From contig OZ024746.1 of the NCBI GenBank assembly GCA_964016885.1, positions 18,042,001 through 18,106,000 on the forward strand: 64,000 nt of DNA. Direction: 5' to 3'. The notes below the pieces were generated by a model. That model had not been told where the DNA came from. It ran no database searches and saw only the letters and a program-made list of their open reading frames with translations. A program made the position numbers and the translations under genes. The stretch is from Eledone cirrhosa (taxonomy: Eukaryota). Below are positions 44,166 through 57,770 of the stretch, piece by piece. Position 1 is the first letter of the stretch. Each line of letters starts with the position of its first letter.

Positions 44166-45169
44166 AAGTATATTTTCAAATATTAAAATAGTTCTCTATG
44201 ACCGATAAATCTACCATCATGGGTGTACTATCTCTTTTTTGTCTTAATAAATCATTTGGTTAAGTTTTTTTTTAAAAACTATACTGCTGTGGTACCTTGA
44301 AAGTTTGCTTCTAATTGATTAGGTGTTACAAGACTCAGATTTACAACACTAATTTATTAATGTGGAAAACACACCTAATCAGTTGTAAGGGTCTGCAAAT
44401 ATCAGGTCATATTACTAGCCAGAAGGGAGGCAACTCCATAAATGGCCGTAACTCTGGTGAACTGAGCCATTCCTAGAAAGTCTAGTTTTTATTTTCTTAA
44501 GGTTGATATAATTGACTGAAACTCTTGTCTTGTCTAATGACCGAAACCAGTAAAATAACTGTTTCTTTCTTAAATTGATTCAATTAACTACTTGGTCAAC
44601 AATGGTTATATATTTATAAACCAAGGGAGACATGAGAACCAAAATTAAGCATGGAAAATATATCTGAAATGGGTGGTATTGAATTAAATATTCTAAATCA
44701 TTTGCCTAGATATGTGGTCTTGTATTATTACCAGAGCAACTAATGTCTTATTTGCCAGATATTTTCATTATTTCAATAATTATTTTCCTTGCCTTCATAA
44801 CACCAAATTCTACAGCAGTCCACTAGCTAGCACTATCTACTTTTCAGTTTCTCTCGGTGCTCTATATATATTTGACACCTAGCTTCTCTTCTAACCTTAT
44901 ATTATCCTCCTAACTATTCCACCAACATGTAACCTTCCATCTTGCTCCATTTATTGTTGTTTTCTGACCTCTAATCTCCTTCACATCTCATATGTCAACT
45001 AGTATTTCTTTGAACCTACCTACTTTTCTTCTCAAAATTGTTGTGTGTGTCTGAGCCTATCCAACCCATGACACCATGGAAATCTTTTAATATTATCTCT
45101 TGTGTAACAATGGAGTTTCAGCTTCAAATATGAACAGAGGCATTTTCAGGTGAGTGGTTGTTTAAATAG

Positions 45170-45229
45170 TGAAAAAGCAAAAACAAAAACAAAAAACACA
45201 AAGAAAATAACTAACAAGACAGTTTTATT
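45170..45229 (-). terminator. candidate NOB1 polyadenylation signal
   Basis: AATAAA at 45229-45224 overlaps the stop codon and is followed by a GU/U-rich tract. Confidence 0.55.
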
Positions 45230-45501
45230 TATCTTCTTTTCTTTTTCGAAAATTTCCTAACTCCTTCATTGGGGTTTCTTCTATTCCATGGTTTAACCTC
45301 CTGCCCTTTAATTCCCAGCTGAGCAGCTCGACTAGTTAAGTCATGAATTCGAAAAGGAGACTGGCCAACAACATAGTTTTCATCAAAGACATTTAATCTC
45401 TGCAAAGCTTTCTTAGTTGCTCTCTGTTGTGGTACTCTTTGGTCTTCAAATAGGATAGGATTGTTAGAGTGTTTCCCACCTTGAGGAAGTGGAAGTGAAT
45501 A
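45229..45501 (-). CDS. NOB1: NOB1 exon 8 (terminal)
   Basis: [21 protein letters not shown]...SPF...RRNPN...KKKRR*. Confidence 0.93.
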   Translation of the reverse strand, partial: YSLPLPQGGKHSNNPILFEDQRVPQQRATKKALQRLNVFDENYVVGQSPFRIHDLTSRAAQLGIKGQEVKPWNRRNPNEGVRKFSKKKRR

Positions 45502-48500
45502 CTGAAAAAAAAAAATTAAGTTATAAAAATCAGCAAGAACAAGACTGAGGAAATATATGCTGTAGAAATTTTGTATAAAAAAAAATAAGTAAGTCTAATG
45601 ATGGATCCTCCACAGTTATTTGACATTCGCAATAAATTTATTTCATAGACATGTGTACTCTTAATCCATCCAACAGGGTTACAAGTAATTTCTGTTGACA
45701 CAATTTTAATGACCATCTCAATAAAATATAAACAAATAAATATTCTTGATGTTTGAAAAAAAAGTAAATCCACATCCAGACATGGTAAAACATTCCTGGA
45801 GAAGCAGAGTAGATGATTTTCATCCATGTTTTATAAAGAAACAATGTCCCAGACCTGAACTGACTTCTCATCTTGTTAGTGTTAAAAGTTATAAGAGTGT
45901 AACTTACTTTAAGACCACGTCGATTCAGAAGACGCCTGGAACTAAAATGGTATTGAACACTTCCATCATCTTTAACTGTCATAGAAATTTTTCTTAATGT
46001 TTTGTTTCCACACCAAGGACAAAACATTTTTGTAAGAACTGTACAGATTCTACAAGAACAATATAAGGAGGTGATTAGGAGTATATGCAGTGAAGTGCCA
46101 TTTTAAATGTTAAAAAAAAAAAAAATCTCATATTTTCTATGTTGCAAGAGTGAAGATGACAGCTGATATGCCACCAAAGATGTAGAATACTAGTTTCAAT
46201 TAGGAAGATATTTTTTGTGGTCAGTAGTTAAAGAATGATTTATATTAAAAAAAAAGAAATAAAAGTATTTACTGTTTAGTAAGGGAATGAAGGGCAGTGA
46301 CCATGGACCGTTTTCATGGCCTCTGAGACTGGTAAGAGAAAGGGAGTCAGTGAGACCAGAGATCTGGTCTGAAATTTTGCAACAATGTGTACTTCATTAA
46401 AGGTATCCAAGAGTGAGGAGTGTTAATAACAGGTGATTGGTTAAGTTTACTACACAAGTAGGCCACTGACAGATTTGAAGTGGGAATGCAAAGAGCTGGA
46501 ACTACTGCAAGGTATCTTGTCTGAATTTGCCACTAACAATTATACCAATCCACTACCTTCGACTGGTTATCAGCTCTGAAAAGATGAAAGCCAAATTTCA
46601 CCAGAGATTTGGAACAAATACAGCTAGGTATTCTCCAGGATAAGGGTAATGACATAAGATTTCAGTTATATAGTGGAGTAGAATGAGACCATCTGACATA
46701 CAAGAGCACAAGTGATGTGAATTATCTTTGACTAACAACCAAAACCAGATCATAGACTTGGGTCACTAACAACTTATTCTTTGCTCTATGATAAGATAAT
46801 TGTTTCTACTTTTTGGCACAAGGCCAGCAATTACCCCAGTGTATTACTGGTACTTTATTTTATCGACCCTGTAAGGATGAAAGGCAAAGTTAACCTCGGC
46901 AGGATTTGAACTGTCCGTAAAGGGACGTAACTGTGCTGCAAAGCATGGCGTCCGACCCTCTACTGATACTGCCAATCCACAACTAAGATAATGTTTCTGA
47001 TTAAGGCCAACAATATTTGGCGAGAGAGGAAAGTCAATTAAACCGACCCCTGTGCCTTACTGGTACTTAATTTTATCGGCTACATAAGGACATAAGGCAA
47101 AGTTAACTTTGGTGACATTTGAACTCAGAATGTAAAGAAACAACTATGCTGCAAAGCATGGTGTCCGATGCTCTATTGATTCTAGGTTAATCATCATCAT
47201 CAGGTTTAGCGTCCGTGTTCCACGCTTGCATGGGTTTGGACGGGGGTTTTCCCACTTGAGGCAAGAGTGGTTGTCTTGCTCGCATAGGACTGTCTGGCGG
47301 GTTTTCTACAGTTGGATGCCCTTCCTAACACCAACCACATTTACAGTGTGGGGCTGGGAGGTTTTTACCGTGTTGCCTACACGGCCACATTACAGCGTGG
47401 ACTGTCTGGCGGGTTTTCTACAGCTGGATGCCCTTCCTAACACCAACCACATTTACAGTGTGGGGCTGGGAGGTTTTTACCGTGTTGCCTACACGGCCAC
47501 ATTTACAGCGTGGACTGTGTGTTTTTTGTCGTGACACCTACAATAAATTTTTCATAATTGTAAAACTTACTTCATACAAGCTGAACACCTTAGTACATAA
47601 CTCTTGGCTTGTTTGATGAGAAGACCTTCGACTGAGAGAACATTCAAACCCATTTGGATAAGGACATTCTGAAAAATAAAAATCTCAAAATGTACACAAG
47701 ATATATACACACACATTAACATTCATACTAACCCTTATGTAAGCACTAGATATATGCACACATTAACATACTAGCCTCTACATAAACATATTAACATTCA
47801 TACTGACCCCTACATAAACACTATGTATACAAGATGAGTAGAAAGTTTTTGTGTAATTTTGTATCGACACAGGCATGAACTTTTGTAACCACGTGGTTCT
47901 AGGTTCAGTTACACTGTGGGACACCTTAGGCAGTGTGCCATCCATTACAGCATATAATATATCGACCAATGAAATTTGGTAGATGAAAACTGTGTAGAAG
48001 CCTGTTGTGTGTGTGTATATCTATGTACATACACACACATATATATTGATGATATATATATATTATATATATGTATGTGTGTGTTTGTGTTCCATAACCT
48101 AGTAGTTCAACAAAAAGAGATCAATAAAATAAGAATATAAAGAGATTTTAAAGCCTTAGATTAAACACTGTGAGAAAGAGAGAGATGAAATAAAGCCATT
48201 ATAGATAAATGTAATAACCACATTTTAATCATGAAAGTGGTTGAGCAAGTTTTGAGGAAGTTATTAATAACCATAACAAAGAAACATGTGGAGCTACAAG
48301 TTAATAAGAAAAAATAAAAACCTTTTGTTTAGCTATTGTTACACTTTCCACCTATACATATATTTAAATAAAATAACCTGTTAACATCACAGAATTGATA
48401 TATCTCAGATAGTTAATAAGATTTACTTGCTCAAGATTGTAGAGATAAACTGTATAACAGTTTCTAAAAGGAAACTCTTAAATATATTTTCTTATTGCCA

Positions 48501-49185
48501 TTATCATCATTTAATGCCTGGTCTCTTGATAGCAAGTGTTGGATAGGTTATCATAGACGAAGTCAGTACTTAACCAGAGATATTGACCACAGATGGGCTA
48601 GGACCTCATGTCACTTACACATGTTCCCACACACACTCACTCTTTCTTTTTCTATCCTCTTAGATGATTCATGTTTCATTTTTAGCATGACCTCTATGGC
48701 CAGATACCTTTCCTAATACCAATCACTTGGTTCATAGCTAAAAGTTAAAGCCTTACTTGAGCCTAGACGCTCATCAGGCAGGAGCTTATCCCGGTTTCAT
48801 GTGGTGTACAAGGCTTCCGACTGTGTTGTTGTTTGTTTACTTTTTGCATATATATATCATCATTTCATTTTACATCCGCTTTTCCCTGCTTGCAAGGGTG
48901 GGACAGGAACTGATTCTGGCTTGATTTCTACAGCTGGATGCCCTTCCTAACACCAACCTCATTTACAGTGAGTGCTGGGTGCTTTTTTGCCGTGGCACCT
49001 CCACGACCACTTTGCAGTGGAATGATATGGACCCCAGTCCCTATCATCTCATTTCTACAGCTGAATAAACTGGAGCAATGTGAAATAAAGTGTCTTGCTC
49101 AAGGAAACAACACAGAAAAAGTCTGAGAACTGAACTCACAACCTTTCGATTGCAAGGCCAATGCTCTAACCACTAAGCCATGTGC

Positions 49186-49255
<70 letters not shown>

Positions 49256-49301
49256 TCATCATCATCATCATTTCATTTTACGTCCGCTTTTTCCCTGCTT
49301 G

Positions 49302-49333
<32 letters not shown>

Positions 49334-52300
49334 TTATGTGGTTGTAAGTGTATGTCAGTGTCTATGATCATAAATGTGTGTTTCTGTGTATATGTCAATG
49401 TTTCAGTGTATTTATAAAACTACGTTTGTAAGTTTCTGTTTAATGTAGCAGTGTTTCAATGGACAAGATATCATTATCATCATCGTTTAACGTCCACTTT
49501 CCATGCTAGCATATACATATATGTATGTGCGCAAGTTCATAACTAGTGTATTGTTCCCACCTCAATTTGTTTCCTCCTTAAATTTCATATTTTGCAGATA
49601 TATTTGTCAAATATGTGCATTATAAATATGATGACAAATGTTTCGTCATTTAAAATGTTATAATTTTCAGTCACAGAAATTACCAGAAGTATCCGTATGT
49701 GTCATTCCAGATATTTTGGTGTATTTTTTACACAAATGTTGAAGCTGGGGAAAATTGCCAAAATATTAACTTTAAAAATAAGCCAACACCTCGTTATAAC
49801 ATCAATATTTTTTGTCACATATTTCTCATCTTATACACAATTATGGTAACTCTTAAAGAATAGTGATAAGAAAACTAAATCTAAGAGATAGATTGATAGA
49901 GGGAGAAATTTAAGAATGATAAGTATCAACATAGATTAAAAGAGTGACAAACCTGCATTGCAAAATCTGATGTTAAACAACCCACTGTTACACTAACAGG
50001 GTCTATTTTCTCAGGTTCCATTTTCTGTTTTAGTGAACCAATGTTCTCTGGTGTAATCCACCCCTCATCATCATCATCTTCCTCCTCATAATCATCAATT
50101 TCCTCCTCCTCACCACTCTCATCATCTCTACCACATTCACCATCATCATCGTCATCATTAGAAACTGGCTCAATGCATTGTTCAGAAAGTATGTTTCCAT
50201 GTCCTAATCTTTTAGTTGATATTAAATCATTTTCAGACACATTCAAATTTTTCTCCTCATCTTGCTGTTCCTGAAAAAAAAGTATAAATATATATATATA
50301 TATATATATGAAGGCACATGGCTTAGTGGTTAGAGCATTGGCCTTGCAATCGAATGGTTGTGAGTTCAATTCTCAGACTGGGTGATGTGTTGTTTCCTTG
50401 AGCAAGACACTTTATTTCCCATTGCTCCAGTTTACTCAGCTGTAGAAGTGGTCGTGGAGGTGCCACGGCAAAAAAGCACCCAGCATTCACTGTAAATGAG
50501 GTTGGTGTTAGGAAGGGCATCCAGCTGTAGAAATCAAGCCAGAATCAGTTCCTAGCCCACCCTTGCAAGCAGGGAAAAGCGGACGTAAAGTGATGATGAT
50601 GATATATATATATACATACATACTTACATATATACGTGTGTGTGTCCATGTGTCCAACTCATGCCAGTCTCACTGTAGCGTCCACTTTCAACAGACTATC
50701 TTCTCATGCATTCTCCCCATTCACCAGTCTCTAATAATTGTTTCTACTTTTAGCACAAGGCCAGCAATTATCCAGTGCATCGACCCCGTAAGGATGAAAG
50801 GCAAAGTTAACCTTGGCGGGATTTGAACTCAGTCCGTAAAGGGACGTAACTATGCTGCAAAGCACTTCCATGCTACTTTCTTTTCAGCATCAGTGAAGGC
50901 AAATGCACCATTATTATTATCATCATCATCATCACCGTTTTCTTCCATGCTAGCATGGGTTAGACAGGTTGTCCTGTTGTGGGCAGTGTCTGGTCGGTTG
51001 ACCATGCCTTGCTCATAGAGGAACTGATTTTGGCTTGATTTCTACAGCTGAACGCCCTTCGTAACACCAACTTCATTTACAGTGAGTGCTGGGTGTTTTT
51101 CGTGGCCTACACATCCACTTTACAGTGTGGGCTGGGTGCTTTTTTGCCATGGCACCTCCACGACCACCTTGCAGTGGGAGGGTGTGGGGGCATATTGTCT
51201 ATATGCTTCAGCTTGTACCCATGGGAGGTCGGATACTCTGTATTACTGCGTGACGCCAGAGGTCACGGTCGTGTGTCATCACCTTTGAGAGGTGTAATTG
51301 GGTAAGGTCGGCTTTTATCACCTCATCCCAGGTCTTCTTGGGTTTCCCCACTCCGCGGTTTCCATTTACTTCTAGTGCTCTGCACCTTTTTATGCAGCTG
51401 TCATCCTTCATACGCATCACATGTCCATACCAACGCAACCGCCTCTCCTGCACATAGCATTTGATTCCTCTTATGCTCAGTCTCTCTCTCAATTCATTTA
51501 TGCTTTGCCGTTCGCGTATATTACTATTACACATCCATCGGAGCACGCAGGCTTCGTTTCTTTCTAATCTACGTAAGTCTTCCACAGACAGCGCCCAGGT
51601 CTCACTACCATGTAACATTGCTGTTCGGATACATGCATCATACAGTCTGCCTTTCATTTTGAGGGAGAAGCCGTTTGCAGCTAGCAGTGGTAGTAGTTCC
51701 CTGAACTTCTTCCATCTCGTTCTTACCCTAGTTATTGTACTTTCTGAACACCCACCTCCGCTGCTAATTCGGTCACCTAGGTAGCAGAAGCTGTCTACTG
51801 TTTCTACAGAGCCCTCCCCGAGATTGGTGGTACTTGTTTCCTGTGGCTGTTTGCTGTCCCAGCACAGCTGCTACATGTGAACCCTACATTCTTAATTAAG
51901 CTTCGTGAGATTCCGCTATATCTCTTGTGTACCCATTGTTTGCATTTGGGGCAGAGAATGGAGTTCCTACCTACACCTTTCCTACATACTGAGCAAGGCT
52001 ATTTCCCTGAGGTGATCTGGGTTCTGTTTTCTCGTCTACTTACAAGGACATTAGTCTTTGTCGTGTTGACTTTGAGACCCTTTCTTTCTAGTCCCTGCTT
52101 CCAAGTTTGGAATTTCTTCTCTAGTTCTACCATAGATTCAGCTATAAGTGTGAGGTCATCAGCATACAGGAGTTCCCATAGGCATCCGGTCTTATACTCT
52201 TCCGTTATTGCCTGCAGGACTATGATGAACAGGAGAGGGCTAAGAACAGAGCCCTGCTGGACACCAACCTGTACGCTAAATTCCTCGCTATACTCATTGC

Positions 52301-54133
52301 TAATCCTAACTTTGCTGACTGCTCCCCTATACATGGCTTGTACAGCTTTCACAAGCCATTAATCTACTCCTAGTTTTCTAAGAGTCCACCAGATTGCAGC
52401 ACGTGGAACTCTGTCAAAGGCTTTCTCGAGATCGATGAATGCCAGGTAGAGTGGCTTACTTTTAGCTAGATGCTTTTCCTGTAACTGCCTCACAAGGAAG
52501 AGGGCATCAGTGGGGCCTCTTCCTGGTACAAACCCAAATTGCATCTCATCTAGTTTCATCCGGTCCCTAATCAACTGTGCTGTAACTCTTTCTGTTACTT
52601 TTATGACCTGGTCCATCAGCTTCATACCTCTATAGTTTCCTCTATCTAGTGCATCACCTTTACCTTTGTAGCAGTTGACAATGATGCTACTGCACCAATC
52701 TTTTGGTATGACACCTTCTAGTATTACCTGGTTAACAATACGTGTGGTTATAGTGTGACCTACAGACCCAGATGCCTTCAGCATCTCGGCAGCTATACCC
52801 AATGGACCGGTTGCCTTCCCCATCTTCATATCTTTGATTGCCTTACTTACTACGCTGCTGCTGACTTGTACTGCTGGCCCCTCTATAGGGTCTACTTGGG
52901 GTAGGGTCTCTTCTTCCCATGCATTCTCCTCATTTAGTAATCTATCTCGGACACATTTTCCCCACAACAATGTTTCAATTTTTCTAGACACACTGCCTCA
53001 CAATCCCGACCACTCCAGGTTGTAAAACATGAAAAATTTATTTTTTTCCACTTCTCTCTTTGCAAAATATACTCACCGCCTAGCTTCTTGGTAATGTTCT
53101 CTGATACCCCAATTCTGCCAGTCTTTCTTGGCCTTAATTGTTTTATTCACCCCCAAGTCACCCTTATTCTCCCTGGAACCCTGCTCTGTATCCTTAAGCA
53201 GATTATCTTTCAGTATCTTCCACTGCTCCTGTACATTGCATGTCTCTATTTCTTCTTCCTTACTGTTAAAAGCATCAAGCAAGATACTTCTAAATGTGTT
53301 ACTGGTTGAGGTTCTCTCAACTTCCATTGTACTTGGAAGGAATTTTTGATATGTTAGTTTTAATGGCTTGAACTTATTTGGAGTTTCATCAGTTTTTGTC
53401 AAAAAAAATGAATAATGTAGACAAAAATAAAAACAGAGTCAGTTTTGTTTTAGCCACCCTGTATGTTATTAATTAGAATCCCCATTTTGGATTATAGCTT
53501 GCATGATCAAGTGTTCAAATCCTAGTAAAGCTATTATAAGTAGCCATGAAGTGAGGCCTATTACACTGCTGGCAAAGTGGTCTGATATTGAATTCAAACT
53601 GGTGTGGTTAGCACTAAAACAGAATATCTTGTTGTACAAAGACTTTTCTGACAATTTTTAAGTAAATAGCAAAGGAAAACACAACAAAACAACAACTATA
53701 CCTGTTTAGATTCTAAATAAAAACCAGCAATATCGGTTACTTTTCCAAGTAGATTCCTAGAATTGACCCAGTTGACCTAGAAATAAAAAAAGGGAAATAT
53801 AAATGTATTGCTTTAAATAGTTGTTATAAGATATCCTCTCATCTATAGTATTATCTGTGAGGTAACTAAGTTGACATGGACCATAAACCAGCAAAAATTA
53901 TAAAAAATTGAAAATGGCTATAGTACTTAAGTTATTTTATGAAAAATTAAACTGATGCAGGGTGTAATACAATATCTTAGTTCTGAGATGGCAAGGTGTA
54001 GAAGTCTTAGCTGTAAAGTGGAAAGAAGTTGTTTTGGCTTTAAGATGGTAAGGATTGTGCCACAGAGAGGAACAGAACCCAGACTCATGCAGTTGCAAAG
54101 AATACTTCTTAACCACAGATATGCCAGCATCAC

Positions 54134-54170
<37 letters not shown>

Positions 54171-57100
54171 GGTTGTGTTGGTGACACAATAAAAAGCACC
54201 CAGTTCATATTGTAAGTGTGGTTGGAGTTCAGAAGTGCTTCCAACCATAGAAACTAAGCCAGAATCAGTTCTGTATGCGCAAGACATGCTGACCTGATCT
54301 GACTTGTCTCACAATAGGACAATTCATCTGACACATGCTAGCGTGGAAAATGGACGTTAAACAATGATGATGATGATATATATCTATTAAATGTAAACAG
54401 TAATTTAAAAAAAAAAAAACTTACTTTCTTTACTGGCTCTGTTTTAATATGAGCCTCACCATTATGTTCTTTCTCTAGTTGGTAAGTTAAAGCAATGAGA
54501 CGGATATCTACAGCAGATAAACTACGGTAATCACCAGTTTTCTTAGAAAATTCAGTGACTGTATGAATAAAGAAAAAACAAATCTGTCAATTTGGAAAGA
54601 TTAAAAACATGTGGTGGAAAAAAAACTATACAAAGCAATACTAGTTTAATTTAAAGTTTCAGCTAAACTTTTATTTTGATGTTGTTGGTGTGGCTGTGTG
54701 GTTGAGTGTTTTGTTTTGTAACCATATGGTTTCAGAATTGATCCCACTGCATGGTATTTTGGGCAAGTGTATTCTACTATAGTTTGGAGCTGACCAATGC
54801 TTTAGGAGTAAAAATGGTAGATGTAAATAGAAACCTGTTTTGTGTGTGTTTGTCTAAGCATGGCATAACTTCACATTTTTGACACTGTGTGATGCTTCTT
54901 TGCCCTGCATAAACAACATGGCATACAGCTCAGTGGTTTGATGTGTGAAGATCAATACTTTAATTAAAAAGTAAATGTTAGCACCAGGAATGGCAAACAA
55001 TGTTGGAAGACTTTGGTGATGGTGGGTACATGGTTCTATGCCATTAAGAAAATGTAAAACATTTGCTATAATTTATGTTTGTGTGCTTGTATTTGAGAGA
55101 GTGTATGTGTGTGCGTAACTCTGATTGAGGTGTGTGTATGACTGTGTTTGAGAGAAAGCAAGATAGATAGATAGATAGAGATTGTTTTGCATATCTAGAC
55201 ATTTGCATGAATTATTTTGGAGTTCCAGAATTACTTGAGAGTAAGACACTAACTAAGTGGTATTTAACCATTTTGATACCAAACAGCTTGAAAGTGTTCC
55301 TATTTCTGCTAATTCTAAGGTGTTTATATTTATCTCAGTCCATCTCTCCAGATTTTAATACAACAGACTTCTTCCAGAGAAGGATAGAGAGAATGAGAAA
55401 GAAATATAGAAGAATTGCCTCCAGTATTAGACTAGTACTTTTTTTTTGTCGACCTCAAAGGATGAAAGGCAAAGTTGACTTCAGGATTTGAACTCAGAGA
55501 GCAAAGAACCAGATCGAATAATGCAAAGCACTCTCTCCAATGTTCTAACAACTCAGCCAATTCGTTGCCTTATAATAAGAAGGGTTAAATATAAGAAATT
55601 TTGGTGATTGCAATAAAATCATCTCTTGAGTAAATAAAAAACGCACCTATCTAAAGAAACTGGAAATAAGATAAGGAAAAAAATAAGATAAAAACCAATC
55701 TACCTGTATGAATAGCTTCATTGTTTGGTTCTCGAAATAATATTTCATAAGGTAAAACCTGCAGTCTTTCTCTGGTGTTTTTATCTAACACTTCAGAAAC
55801 AACTTCTTTGATAGTGTAAATATTTTCTCCAATATGCTGGATAAATAAAATAGAATACAAATATTTTAGTTCTGAAGAAAAGTAATATAAACTGAACCAT
55901 TTTAAAAACAAAACATTAGAAAGTAAATTTGGTTGGCAGAGACTGAATGGAATCCCTGTGATTCAGCTATCTAATTTAAGATGGTAAGAGTTGTCAGTCC
56001 CTTGGCTTAATGGTTTAAAGCACCTAGCTGGTACCCAGGAGATATGGAGTTTGATTCCTCATAGCAACTTCTTTTTCCATCTTTAATCCTTTAGCATTTA
56101 AACCGGCCAGAATTCTCTCACCTCTTTCTGTTCAAACCAGCTGTAACTGGCTGCTCATACTGATATTAAGGTATTATATCAAAATTTCATAGATTCAATA
56201 TTGTGAGGTAAAGCTTTTACCATGAAAATACAATAGTAAAAATATAGAGTAATGTAAATGCTAAAGGGTTCAGGGTCTTCAGCCTACTATATAGCATCTC
56301 TCTGCACAAGCACTCCATTCTTTATATTATATATATGCATTTGTTTATGCTCTGTGTAAACAGAGGTCCCATTGCTTAGCAGTTAGACATGTTAAGATTC
56401 ACAGCTTATTTTTTAAAAAAGCCAAGTGATAGCTGACACACAAGCAGAAAGGTGAAATGATTTTTTAAGGTCTCTATGCTCCTTTGCTTACTATTTAACC
56501 CAGGAGCCTTAAACTCAAGGACTCAAAAGAGCCATTATGTCCTGTGAGAGGGCCACAGGAAACCAAAAGTGAGATCGGGGTGGAGTTCCACCAGCTATAA
56601 TGCTAATCTACAATACAGCTGATAGACTGCTATTTATTTCCATCAAAATGAATCTGCATATGGAATATGAATTACTACAAAATCTAAGCGAGCAAATATT
56701 CCTTAATTCTATTTTCATTTTTTATAAATTTCGATTTTTCCATTTTATTGTATTTCATGGGTAAATCGCAATAGTATGGATGGGGCAAGCAGCAAAGTAC
56801 CAAGTTTTAAGAAAATGTTAGTCACAAGGTACTGCATGTTTGAGACCCCTCCACGGTCTTCCTTCATTCACATCTCTTATCTTTTTCCTTTCCCACTCAA
56901 CTCATTCTAGCATGGAAAAACGGATGCAAGCACACTCTGCAGTGTACTGCTTGGGGTCACTTGCTCACTTCAAGGCTACCCCTGTGACCACTCCCACTCC
57001 TGATACCTACATCCTCGTCCAACCATGCACGGAAATACAGATGACCCCCACCTCATATCACCCACTCTCTTTTAGGTTACCTTTCTCTGTCATCTCCTCC

Positions 57101-57770
57101 TTTGGCAAGCAACATGCGGCCTGATCATGCCACCATTCACAACCCTGACTGAGGACGACACCATTATACCAAGAACAGGAGCTTGATGTACATCGCTATA
57201 AATTTTTATTAAATTCACTGTCGACCCAGCCTTTTGTTTACAGTACCCTTATCTATGGTCCTACTCATTTTCATGAACCATTCATCCATCCATAACTTTC
57301 TCAGTGTCCACCATGCTGAATATTGGATTTTCAAATGTTTTTTTACAGATTAACAAGTGCTACTCCTTTGCTAATTACTTTCGATATACAAATACCTGGC
57401 GCATTTACTTAGAATGTAATTTCTAAACACATTTAGATAAAGAAAATGTTTTCTGAATAAATCGGTTTCACTTCTCTTAAATGAAATGAAAGTTTTAATC
57501 ATCAAACGGTTCGCAACACTTCGCAAAAATATTCTAGTTTTGGTGCTAGCTATTAGTTACACAGCATGCAAGTAGTGACATACACGTGGAACAAATCAGC
57601 CAACAAAAAACATTTTAAACGTATGTAAATGAACTTCAGACATTTTATTATGTAATTTCATGAAATATTAAAAAACAACGACTCACTTCTATAGGAGCAT
57701 TCTTGATAAAAGCTGCAGAGTCAACAATAACAAACTTCACTTTCTTGCGACTTAATTGATCAGACGCCAT
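45229..57770 (-). CDS. NOB1: RNA-binding protein NOB1 (18S rRNA 3'-end PIN endonuclease), complete, 418 aa; complement(join(45229-45501,45908-46049,47571-47668,49953-50270,53702-53776,54425-54558,55704-55836,57687-57770))
   Basis: Eight GT-AG exons total 1257 nt in phase. PIN motifs [17 protein letters not shown] and [24 protein letters not shown]; acidic region + GWITPEN; [17 protein letters not shown]; Zn ribbon LRCSAC...[10 protein letters not shown]; [11 protein letters not shown]...RRNPN. Confidence 0.96.
45908..46049 (-). CDS. NOB1: NOB1 exon 7
   Basis: [23 protein letters not shown]...RGLK. Confidence 0.93.
46795..47185 (-). mobile_element. two adjacent tRNA-derived SINEs of a second family (CCTTTCATCCTT...GGTCGATAAAATAAGTACCAG domain)
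   Basis: Further copies at ~50735-50865, ~55430-55570 and ~62500-62715. B-box-like GTTCAAATCC on the minus strand. Confidence 0.7.
47190..47540 (-). mobile_element. RTE-tail-related element with a ~113-bp internal tandem duplication
   Basis: (CAT)n tail; GGATGCCCTTCCTAACACCAACC block present twice. Confidence 0.7.
47571..47668 (-). CDS. NOB1: NOB1 exon 6
   Basis: [32 protein letters not shown], 98 nt. Confidence 0.93.
48857..49188 (-). mobile_element. tRNA-head/RTE-tail SINE
   Basis: Reverse complement of 50310-50603, with (GAT)n tail. Confidence 0.85.
49953..50270 (-). CDS. NOB1: NOB1 exon 5 (acidic region, WITPEN, TSDFAMQ)
   Basis: Within ORF 49926-50369, 318 nt, phase 0-0. Confidence 0.93.
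50310..50603 (+). mobile_element. tRNA-head/RTE-tail SINE
   Basis: TGGCTTAGTGG A box, GAGTTCAATTC B box, CCTTGAGCAAGACACTT, then sequence matching the RTE 3' UTR and (GAT)n. Confidence 0.87.
50919..52945 (-). mobile_element. 5'-truncated RTE LINE (copy D) in NOB1 intron 4
   Basis: ORFs 52359-52991, 51999-52352 and 51208-51657 contain [25 protein letters not shown] and RRLRWYGHV, broken by stops. Same 3' UTR as copy A. An older fragment lies at ~53070-53310. Confidence 0.93.
53702..53776 (-). CDS. NOB1: NOB1 exon 4
   Basis: [25 protein letters not shown], tttctag/gtatag boundaries. Confidence 0.8.
54425..54558 (-). CDS. NOB1: NOB1 exon 3
   Basis: [30 protein letters not shown]. Confidence 0.93.
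55704..55836 (-). CDS. NOB1: NOB1 exon 2
   Basis: [37 protein letters not shown], 133 nt. Confidence 0.92.
56083..56272. mobile_element. piggyBac-type MITE (family 1)
   Basis: TTAATCCTTTAGCATTTA ... TAAATGCTAAAGGGTTCA. Confidence 0.72.
57687..57770 (-). CDS. NOB1: NOB1 exon 1 ([28 protein letters not shown])
   Basis: AAAATGGCG start context, gtgagt donor. Confidence 0.9.

Noticed and set aside
53073-53402. 109-aa ORF as an extra NOB1 exon
   Set aside because: It resembles a decayed RTE ORF2 segment, and NOB1 exons 4 and 5 already join in phase to give a normal-length protein.
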